From NCBI RefSeq assembly GCF_032714615.1, contig NZ_JAWDKA010000008.1, forward strand, positions 30,505 through 54,504: a stretch of 24,000 nt of DNA, read 5' to 3'. The notes beneath the pieces were generated by a model. It was not told where the DNA came from. It was given only the letters and a program-made list of their open reading frames with translations, and searched no databases. The stretch comes from Methanorbis furvi. GTDB lineage: Archaea; Halobacteriota; Methanomicrobia; Methanomicrobiales; Methanocorpusculaceae. The position numbers and the translations under genes are program-made. Numbering within the stretch: position 1 is the stretch's first letter; each line of letters starts with the position of its first letter. Positions 15,890 through 22,643 of this stretch are shown here, one piece after another.

Positions 15890-16456
15890 TTACAGCCCGC
15901 AGATCTCTTTCAACAGAGCCCCAGCCTCGCGTTCGCGGGGGCCGCCACACTTCGCAATAATTCCCAAATGATACTCGATCAGCATCTTCAGCGAATCATC
16001 TCTGCTGTGGACATACCGCGTTGCATGAACAGTCGCATCAATAACACTGTTGAAACCACGGTTAATCGGACGAGGATCCTCGCGGATGTACTCGGATGCA
16101 ACCGGCATCAGCTCAATGTAATACGTCTCCTCAGTCTCATGAAGAACCTGCGTCAGAAATCCCATCCACGCATCAGCGCCAGACAGCCTCTGCATCATAA
16201 CTCCGCCCACAAACACCTTGGAAAGATCTGACGGAGCCGCATCAGAAAACGCATACTGCGGATACAGATAACAGTCAGAGACAAAGTTCGCCGTAACCCA
16301 TCCGTGTTTGAGAATATTTTCAACGGTCGCCGACCCCTTAAAAAGAATCATTCGCGGAGACATCCCGGGCTTCACAATAATTCCCATCGGAGCTGCGTTG
16401 TCCTTTGTCACCGCAATAACTTCGGTAATACCTTCGCCTAACAGTCCCATTTCCAT
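15890..16456 (-). CDS. DUF447-family protein (H4MPT-linked conserved protein)
   Basis: 188 aa. I recognise the family from memory (a split-barrel-like protein found in methanogens and in methylotroph H4MPT gene clusters). Its start overlaps the stop of the upstream CitG-like gene, and it is the last gene of a three-gene minus-strand operon. Confidence 0.65.
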   Translation of the reverse strand: MEMGLLGEGITEVIAVTKDNAAPMGIIVKPGMSPRMILFKGSATVENILKHGWVTANFVSDCYLYPQYAFSDAAPSDLSKVFVGGVMMQRLSGADAWMGFLTQVLHETEETYYIELMPVASEYIREDPRPINRGFNSVIDATVHATRYVHSRDDSLKMLIEYHLGIIAKCGGPREREAGALLKEICGL

Positions 16457-17268
16457 CCCTCTAAAAGTGCGGTAAAAATTCCCGCAATACAGATATCAGC
16501 AAGAGAACCAGGGTTGATACCATCTCTGATGCACTCCTCATCAAACTCTGCAAGCGTTTCATTCCCTGCAAGAACCGCGGCCGCTTTTTGCATAACCGCT
16601 TCAGCAGTTGCCTGATCAAACTTTTTCGCAATAAACGTGTCAGGACACTCGGCCATCAGCGACAGAAACATTTTCGTAATGTTTTTTTCCCCATCACCAA
16701 GTTCAAACAGCAGATTGGCAGCTCTCCGGGTCAGCAGAAATCCGTTCGTCCACTCGCGGGCAACCATGTCATGCAGGGCTGAATACTCCATCACCTGATA
16801 CATCGTGATCTTCTCATCGATCAGCCGCTGAATCGATGAAGGATCATTTACATCCATAGGATCTTCGGATCTGACCCGCACCTGCGTAAGGCCGAATGCT
16901 TTGTAAAAGAGAACCGCATCCTCGATCGTGGTCTTTTTCACCACCTCTGCCGCGCCGGCAGTTCCTCTGCCTGCGATCAGCGGAAGAAGAAGAATGAATG
17001 CGCCAAAATGTGTGTTGCCGCCGTTATGGATATTGGTTCTGGCAACCGCATCGTACATCGCTTCTCCAAGCGAGATACTGCCTTCCGCAACGCGGGAGAA
17101 CACCGGTCCTGCCAGAACTGCGGATGCCAGAAAATGTGCAAGATGCGTGTCATCATAATCATGACATCGGTCGATATTGCCGGGCTTCTGCTTTGCGGTG
17201 ACCTCAAGCAGCATGGCAAACTGTGCAAGTTCGGCGAGATTAACAGGTTCAACAGTCTGTTGGGACAT
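16438..17268 (-). CDS. Triphosphoribosyl-dephospho-CoA synthase (CitG)-like protein
   Basis: It aligns by eye with E. coli CitG: LLEVTAKQKPGNIDRCHDYDDTHLAHFLASA versus MLTEVNLSPKPGLVDR...HKDMALEDFHRSA, and the C-terminal INPGSLADI versus LSPGGSADL. The start is set at MSQQTVEP (17268). The ORF-track start at 17301 overlaps the upstream gene by 53 nt. Confidence 0.75.
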   Translation of the reverse strand: MSQQTVEPVNLAELAQFAMLLEVTAKQKPGNIDRCHDYDDTHLAHFLASAVLAGPVFSRVAEGSISLGEAMYDAVARTNIHNGGNTHFGAFILLLPLIAGRGTAGAAEVVKKTTIEDAVLFYKAFGLTQVRVRSEDPMDVNDPSSIQRLIDEKITMYQVMEYSALHDMVAREWTNGFLLTRRAANLLFELGDGEKNITKMFLSLMAECPDTFIAKKFDQATAEAVMQKAAAVLAGNETLAEFDEECIRDGINPGSLADICIAGIFTALLEGWKWDC

Positions 17269-18364
17269 CGGCGAAGATCTTCTCCATGATACCATCCGCA
17301 AGATCCCGTTTCAGCGCCATATACTCATTCTTTGGAAGAGGAACAGCCTTCAGTGTCATATCGCGGAACATGCAGGGTGTGGAAGATTTGCAGCACCAGG
17401 CAAGACTGCCGAAGCAGGTGTGGCTTCCCTGAGAGATTGGCGAACCCTGCACAAGTCCTTCTTTGAGTGCGAGGTAATCCTGGCGGCTCATGTCGATAGA
17501 GTCGAGGGTTGACAGCAGCGGACACTGTTTTACCGGCATGCAGCAGAACGTCAGGGACCTGAGGTCGCCGCCGCGGCAGAGCTGTTTGGGAGAGTTATAC
17601 CAGCCGCTTTCTTCGGCGGTCGCACGAATGTAGCGGTCAAGAAGCTGGAGTGTTGGCACGCTTGCACCTCTTGCAAGGGAGACGAGGTCAGCACCGTGCG
17701 AGAACATGTCCATCATTTTGTCAGGGGAGTCGATGCTGTTGTTGGCGATGAGAATGAGAGGGCAGCTGTTTCTGATCTGGCGGATGCGGGTGTATCCGGT
17801 ATCCATCAGGTCGATATGCAGAATGTCTGCGCCGGCAGCCCAGAGTTTTCTGGCAAGCAGCCGGTCGTCAGTGACGCCTGCCCGGGTTTTTACCGAGATG
17901 GTGACGCCTTCTGCATGAAGGGCGCGAACGATGTCACAGAGGGCGTCGGTATTGTGAAGGAGATATTCGCCGCAGTGGGCTTCGATCATGGGCTGCTGGC
18001 GGCAGTGGGCATCGATCTCATAGATTACATTTTTTCCGAATTTGCGGGCGGCGGCAACGAAGGCTTCGGGTGTTGAGCCGCGAAGGTTGAGACCGATCAC
18101 CAGATTGGATCCTTCCAGCATGGCAAGTTCGGTTGCGATGTCGTCCAGACTGTCGGAAAACTCGGTGCGGCCTGCTGCAACCATCTGTTTTGCCGCGTTT
18201 TGCGTGGCCGCGTCCAGGGAAAATCCGCCGATAAATGCAGCTCCGACATGGGCGGCACGTTCGAGAACGTACGCGGCGTCGGTAATTCCCGCCATGGATG
18301 CGAGTACAACCGGTGTTTTGACCGGTTTTCCATTCAGTGATAAAAATCTGTTCGACCCTCGCAT
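17249..18364 (-). CDS. NifR3/Dus-like TIM-barrel protein fused to a methanogenesis marker domain 9 (Cys-rich)
   Basis: The N-terminal ~250 aa resemble the Dus/NifR3 FMN TIM barrel (PVVLASMAGITD...). The C-terminal ~110 aa carry two copies of an aromatic-CC-x5-C motif (FCCMPVKQCP and WCCKSSTPCMF) plus extra Cys. This matches my recollection of the TIGRFAMs marker-9 domain description, which notes such NifR3 fusions. Confidence 0.7.
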   Translation of the reverse strand: MRGSNRFLSLNGKPVKTPVVLASMAGITDAAYVLERAAHVGAAFIGGFSLDAATQNAAKQMVAAGRTEFSDSLDDIATELAMLEGSNLVIGLNLRGSTPEAFVAAARKFGKNVIYEIDAHCRQQPMIEAHCGEYLLHNTDALCDIVRALHAEGVTISVKTRAGVTDDRLLARKLWAAGADILHIDLMDTGYTRIRQIRNSCPLILIANNSIDSPDKMMDMFSHGADLVSLARGASVPTLQLLDRYIRATAEESGWYNSPKQLCRGGDLRSLTFCCMPVKQCPLLSTLDSIDMSRQDYLALKEGLVQGSPISQGSHTCFGSLAWCCKSSTPCMFRDMTLKAVPLPKNEYMALKRDLADGIMEKIFADVPTDC

Positions 18365-18442
18365 AGATTCTATACGTATTGGTGCTCAGGGATATTTAGT
18401 CTGACGGAGGCGGCGGTGTAGTTTTATGGGTGAACAGTTTAC

Positions 18443-18770
18443 CATCCGCATGCCTTTGTCGCAGCTCCGCCCACGGAAAAACGGAGTACACGGAAATTTC
18501 ACGGAAAAAAAACATCACGGAGCAGACGTGAACAGCACGGAATTTGAAAATAATAATTTTGCAAAAATATTTCTTCAGGATTTTTTTCAAAAAAAGATCA
18601 TTATATTTTTTTATGGTATCGCACAAAACTCTAAAAAATTATTTCCGTGCTGTTCACGTCTGCTCCGTGATGTTTTTTTTTCCGTGAAATTTCCGTGTGT
18701 TCTGATTTTCCGTGGGCGGAGCAGAACCCGCAACCGGAGCAGAACGTGTGAACGAAGCAGAATTCAGAAC
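18443..18770. repeat. Long-arm palindromic MITE-like element, copy 4 (B-type centre, + orientation)
   Basis: The left arm GCAGCTCCGCCCACGGAAAAACGGAGTACACGGAAATTTCACGGAAAAAAAACATCACGGAGCAGACGTGAACAGCACGGAA spans 18461-18542. Its reverse complement spans about 18644-18724. The AT-rich centre spans 18543-18643. The flank modules are CGCATGCCTTTG on the left (18448-18459) and GGAGCAGAAC repeats on the right (to about 18770), ending 7 nt before the stop codon of the nuclease gene. Confidence 0.9.
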
Positions 18771-18776
18771 GCAGCG

Positions 18777-19238
18777 TTACGGTACAGAAAAGCATTCCAG
18801 ATGATATCCATAGGAGGTGCGTTCCAAGGGAATGCATTTGCGGAACTCCTCGATTGGGATACTTGCCTGCATATCATAAAATGCGCAGACCGTTTCCCAG
18901 GGCATCAGGTATGCCTCGTTTTTTTGCCCGACGCCGCGAAACTCGACCGCAAGAAATCCTTTGCGACCGGTATATTTGAGAAAACCTGAGATGTTGTCGA
19001 TCTGATGTACGCCGTCTTTGTCTTTGTGGAAGTTGCTGGAAAACGACAGCCGTTTTCCTTTCAGCGACTTGCACTCGATCGCAAGATAATGCGCAGGGTC
19101 CAGAGAGTCAACGATGATGTCAACGTACTGGGCATTGAAGCGTGCCTGTTTGAGGCGGTAGGCAAATCCCTTCATCCGGTGTTCGGTAAAATACCGGTTC
19201 ACGCAGTTGACCACAGTACGCTCGAAATCATTTGCCAT
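18777..19238 (-). CDS. Hjc-family (archaeal Holliday-junction resolvase-like) PD-(D/E)xK nuclease
   Basis: 153 aa. E6 ... D40 ... E55-C-K57 (YVDIIVD...YLAIECKS) reproduces the Hjc catalytic E/D/E-x-K arrangement. The downstream GFLAVEFR parallels Hjc's PVLAVKF strand. The protein is about 20-30 aa longer than the canonical Hjc I remember. Confidence 0.55.
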   Translation of the reverse strand: MANDFERTVVNCVNRYFTEHRMKGFAYRLKQARFNAQYVDIIVDSLDPAHYLAIECKSLKGKRLSFSSNFHKDKDGVHQIDNISGFLKYTGRKGFLAVEFRGVGQKNEAYLMPWETVCAFYDMQASIPIEEFRKCIPLERTSYGYHLECFSVP

Positions 19239-19273
19239 TTCTTTTCTTCATGTTTCGTCTGAGAGATGATGAA

Positions 19274-19282
19274 CTTTTATAG
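19274..19282. promoter_or_regulatory. Shared quasi-palindromic TATA box for the divergent nuclease and ywbE genes
   Basis: CTTTTATAG (reverse complement CTATAAAAG) lies in the 59-nt divergent spacer. It is about 40 nt from the nuclease ATG (19238) and about 20-29 nt from the ywbE ATGs (19298 and 19307). Confidence 0.3.
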
Positions 19283-19297
19283 CGGTACAGGCTCTAC

Positions 19298-19510
19298 ATG
19301 AACGGTATGCTTGACGGACGTGTACGAAAAAATATCAGACCGGGAACTGCGGTGGCAGTGGTGTTAAAGGCTGATCAGCCGACCGGTGCTTTAACATGGG
19401 GGAGGGTTGCAGAAATTCTCACGAACTCGTCCACGCATCCGCATGGAATCAAAGTGCGGCTCACGAACGGACAGGTCGGCAGAGTCCAGCAGATTTACGA
19501 TGATGAATAA
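19298..19510 (+). CDS. ywbE: YwbE-family small protein (DUF2196)
   Basis: 70 aa. The signature ILTNSSTHPHGIKVRLTNGQVGRVQQI matches the YwbE/DUF2196 conserved core as I remember it. Confidence 0.75.
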   Translation: MNGMLDGRVRKNIRPGTAVAVVLKADQPTGALTWGRVAEILTNSSTHPHGIKVRLTNGQVGRVQQIYDDE

Positions 19511-19528
19511 CGACAGGCTTCACTCGTC

Positions 19529-19849
19529 GCTGCTCCGCCCAGGACTCGCATGATTTCGTAACAGCTCCGCCCACGGAAAAACGGATCACACGGAAAAACG
19601 CACGGAAAAAAACATCACGGAGTAGACGTGAACAGCACGGAAATAAATTTTTTAAAATTGCGGTGTGATACCATAAAAAATCACATGATCTTTTTTTGAA
19701 AAAATCTTGAAGAAATATTTTTGCAACATTTTTATTTTCAAATTCCGTGCTGTTCACGTCTGCTCCGTGATGCTTTTCTGTGAAACTCCGTGTGTTCCGT
19801 TTTTCCGTGGGCGGAGCAAAACGTGCGTGTGAAGCAGAACATGCGTCAC
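19529..19849. repeat. Long-arm palindromic MITE-like element, copy 5 (B-type centre, inverted relative to copies 3 and 4)
   Basis: The left arm AGCTCCGCCCACGGAAAAACGGATCACACGG...ATCACGGAGTAGACGTGAACAGCACGGAA spans 19563-19641. The right arm spans about 19743-19815. The centre (19642-19742) is the reverse complement of the copy 3/4 centre. There is an extra partial end GCTGCTCCGCCCAGG at 19529-19543, and a right flank module GGAGCAAAACGTGCGTGTGAAGCAGAAC reaching about 19849. Confidence 0.9.
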
Positions 19850-19876
19850 AAAATAAAAAAAAGAATTTTTTTTCAA

Positions 19877-20644
19877 TCACACAAACGTGATGTCAAAGAA
19901 GAACTTGCCTATCGGCTCATCCTCCCACGACCGCTTGTACTCGGCAGCGAACTCATACGTTCCTGCTTTCTCTGCAGTGACATACCACTCATAGAAACCG
20001 CCAACACCGACCATAGTCGAGCCCGGTATTGCAGAAGACACAAAGGTCGAGTTCAGCACTTTCAGCTGCGTGTCATTGGTGATCGTCCACTCATAGCCGG
20101 TAGTCGGATTGCCTTCGGTCACAACCTTCACTACTTCGCTGGCAGCCGGATTAACTTTCCCGGTGAATGCAACGGAAAGCAGAGGAACATCTGACGGAGT
20201 GGTGGTTGGATCAACAAAGATCAGATCCTGGGTAAAGGTCTCAAGAGGAGTCTCATTCTCCCACGACCGCTTGTACTCAGCAACGAACTGATAGGTTCCT
20301 GCTTTATCCGCAGTGATCGTGAAGATATCATTTCCTCCGGAGCCTGCAATACCCTCCTCGACCGGCGTTGCTTCATAAGTCTGGTTAATCACAAGACCAG
20401 AAACATCAGCTGCAATCCATCCATAACCGGTAGTCGGATTCGATGGCAGAATGAACTGAATCTTATCATTTGCCGGAATAACAGTGCCGAACTTATCAAC
20501 CATTACTGTTGTTACCTGCTCAGACGACGGCGTCGGAGTAGGAGTTGGAGTTGCCGAACCGCTGTCAGTACCGATGCATCCTGCCGCGAGGACGCAAGCG
20601 GCAACGACAACCAGCATAACAAATAAAATGCCGAATTTTCTCAT
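19877..20644 (-). CDS. Lipoprotein with two tandem chagasin-family (MEROPS I42) cysteine-peptidase inhibitor domains
   Basis: The start is set at MRKFGILFVMLVVVAACVLAAGC (signal peptide plus lipobox-like motif), followed by a TPTPTPTP linker. All three chagasin motifs appear twice: NPTTGYGW/NPTTGYEW, GSGG/GVGG and KRSWE/KRSWE (the RPW-type motif). A TATA-like TGATATATGA (reverse complement of 20664-20673) is centred about 25 nt upstream. Confidence 0.8.
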   Translation of the reverse strand: MRKFGILFVMLVVVAACVLAAGCIGTDSGSATPTPTPTPSSEQVTTVMVDKFGTVIPANDKIQFILPSNPTTGYGWIAADVSGLVINQTYEATPVEEGIAGSGGNDIFTITADKAGTYQFVAEYKRSWENETPLETFTQDLIFVDPTTTPSDVPLLSVAFTGKVNPAASEVVKVVTEGNPTTGYEWTITNDTQLKVLNSTFVSSAIPGSTMVGVGGFYEWYVTAEKAGTYEFAAEYKRSWEDEPIGKFFFDITFV

Positions 20645-20794
20645 AAGTAGGAATATGACCCTATCATATATCAAGATTAGGAGGAATTGATTAACCAGCA
20701 GCTGCCCCAACTCCATACAACTATATCACCTCCCTGCAAACACTATTCAGCAATATTTCGCTAAGGTAATTTTACCTGACAACGGAGATCAGAA

Positions 20795-21328
20795 ATGGAA
20801 CTACCCGGAGGACCAACACAACCGGAAGTGATGGCCGTATCACTTGCAAAACTCGGCGTGCGGCCTGGCGACACAGTCGCTGACATCGGCTGCGGAACGG
20901 GAACGGTAACCAAAGAACTTGCAAACCTTGCCGGTCCCTCCGGCCACGTGTATGCGGTCGACCGCAGAGCTCTCGCAATCGCCTGCACCAAAGAGACCTG
21001 CGAGGGAATGGCGACAGTTGAAACGGTCGAAGGAGAAGCAATGGAGTTTCTCTCCTCTTCCCGCAAAAAAATCGACTGTGCCTTCTGCGGAGGAAGCCGC
21101 GACATTGCCGAGATCATCACCAGACTTGATGCTGACGGATGCAGAAGCATTGTCGTGAACGCGGTTTTGATCGAAACCGCAGTTGAGGCGATGCATACTA
21201 TGCAGAGTCTTGGAATATTTCAGGAAGCCGTTCACTTACAGATCTCCAGATCCTACGAACTTGTGGAGCGCATTATGTTCAAACCAATAAACCCCATCTA
21301 TATCATCCACGGAGGCCGCGAATGCTGA
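20795..21328 (+). CDS. cbiT: Cobalt-precorrin-6B/7 C15-methyltransferase (decarboxylating), CbiT
   Basis: 177 aa. It has the SAM-binding motif DIGCGTGTVT, the N-terminus GGPTQPEV typical of CbiT, and sits in the cbi cluster. Confidence 0.85.
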   Translation: MELPGGPTQPEVMAVSLAKLGVRPGDTVADIGCGTGTVTKELANLAGPSGHVYAVDRRALAIACTKETCEGMATVETVEGEAMEFLSSSRKKIDCAFCGGSRDIAEIITRLDADGCRSIVVNAVLIETAVEAMHTMQSLGIFQEAVHLQISRSYELVERIMFKPINPIYIIHGGREC

Positions 21329-21933
21329 CCGCAGTCGGCCTTGGCCCCGGAGACGCAGATCTCCTGACACTCAAAGCCGTCAAAATTCTTCAGGAAGCTG
21401 ACACCGTATTTGTTCCGGGCGGTATCGCCTGCGAGCTGGTCAGACCCTACGCGAAAAATATCGTGACCCTTGAGTTTCCCATGACCCGTGATGAATCGGT
21501 CATCACCGAGTGCATGTGCCGTAACGCAGAAAAGATCGCGTCCACAGCAAAAACCGGCAAAGCGGTCTTCGGTCTGATCGGTGACCCAAACTACTACTCA
21601 ACATTCTCCCGTCTTGCCGAGATGGTGAAAGAGTCCTACCCGGGTCTTGAAGTGGAAACAGTTCCCGGCATCAGCTCCATCACCGCAGTCGCGTCCCATG
21701 CAAAAATTCCCGTGAACGGCGCGTTCCTGGTAACTGACGGCCCGACCGCACCTGCCACAAAAATTCTGATGAAGGTAACAAAACCCAAAGAGGTTGCAGG
21801 CCTGCTGGAGGCTGAAGGCTACAATGACTTCATCGTGGTTGAGCGGATGTATATGGAAGGCGAACGCGTTCATCGCGGAACTCTGCCGGAAAAGACCAAC
21901 TACTTCTCGATCATGATTGCGAGGAAGGTATGA
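21322..21933 (+). CDS. cbiL: Cobalt-factor II (precorrin-2) C20-methyltransferase, CbiL
   Basis: 203 aa tetrapyrrole methylase fold (GLGPGDADLLTLKA...FGLIGDPNYYST). Size and position are typical of CbiL. It overlaps cbiT by 7 nt. Confidence 0.8.
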   Translation: MLTAVGLGPGDADLLTLKAVKILQEADTVFVPGGIACELVRPYAKNIVTLEFPMTRDESVITECMCRNAEKIASTAKTGKAVFGLIGDPNYYSTFSRLAEMVKESYPGLEVETVPGISSITAVASHAKIPVNGAFLVTDGPTAPATKILMKVTKPKEVAGLLEAEGYNDFIVVERMYMEGERVHRGTLPEKTNYFSIMIARKV

Positions 21934-22643
21934 AGTACTACATTGTCGGCGCAGGATGTGGCGATCCGGGTCTTATCACCGTCAAAGGAATGGAGCTGCT
22001 CAAACAGGCCGACGTTCTCATCTATGCAGGCTCTCTCGTAAATCCTGAACTGGTAGCACAGTCGCCTGCCTCCCTCAAACTCGACTCATGGGGCATGAAG
22101 CTTGAAGAGATAACATCCGTTATCGCAGAAAATGTTCGCGCCGGAAAATTTGTCGTGCGGCTGCATTCTGGAGATCCGGCAATTTACGGTTCGATCGTGG
22201 AACAGATCGCACCTCTTGAAGAGGAGGGCATTCACGCAGAAATTATTCCCGGCGTCTCTTCCATGTTTGGCGCGGCAGCCGCGTTGCAAACTGAGTACAC
22301 CCTTCGCGGCGTCTCAGAGTCGGTGATCGTCACGCGTTCTGCCGGCCAGACACTGGACGCAGACCAGCTTGCCGAACTTTCCGCCCACGGAACAACGATG
22401 GTGATCTTCTTGTCCACCGGCCACATCGACTCGGTGATGCAGAAGCTCAAACGTCCGGCAGACACACCGGTTGCCGTCGTCTATCATGCCTCCTGGCCTG
22501 ACCAGAAGATTGTCCGCGGAACGATTGCAACGATCGCAGAAAAAGTTCACGAGGAAGGCATCGAACGCTCCGCTCTCATCATCGTGGGAGACGTTGTAAA
22601 AGGAATCAAAGCTGCCTACACCAACTCACACCTCTACGGATGA
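21930..22643 (+). CDS. cbiF: Cobalt-precorrin-4 C11-methyltransferase, CbiF
   Basis: It contains VGAGCGDPGLITVKG, LHSGDPAIYGS and IPGVSS. It has ATGA overlaps with both neighbouring genes. Confidence 0.85.
   Translation: MKYYIVGAGCGDPGLITVKGMELLKQADVLIYAGSLVNPELVAQSPASLKLDSWGMKLEEITSVIAENVRAGKFVVRLHSGDPAIYGSIVEQIAPLEEEGIHAEIIPGVSSMFGAAAALQTEYTLRGVSESVIVTRSAGQTLDADQLAELSAHGTTMVIFLSTGHIDSVMQKLKRPADTPVAVVYHASWPDQKIVRGTIATIAEKVHEEGIERSALIIVGDVVKGIKAAYTNSHLYG

Noticed and set aside
18426-18989. Long ORFs running through the palindromic elements (18426..18989 +, 19461..19880 -, 15759..15950 -, 7526..7723 -). They share peptide strings such as HHGADVNSTEFEN.FAKIFLQDFF and KKITEQT.
   Set aside because: The shared peptides come from repeated DNA. 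Between copies 4 and 5 the reading frame shifts in the centre (QKKIIIFFYGIAQNSKK versus KKRSCDFLWYHTAILKN), and copy 3 has an in-frame stop. The ORF at 18426..18989 also runs antisense into the well-supported nuclease gene. There is no evidence of selection for coding.
19262-19272. A C/D-box sRNA-like ATGATGA (with CTGA nearby) in the nuclease/ywbE spacer, and TGATGA near 1501.
   Set aside because: No properly spaced C, D', C' and D boxes or terminal stem are present. The motifs coincide with stop or start codon contexts.
4512-19849. Possibility that the dispersed repeats are a CRISPR array or its remnants.
   Set aside because: The repeats are long inverted arms scattered over 15 kb between genes. 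They are not short direct repeats with regular unique spacers, and the window has no cas genes.
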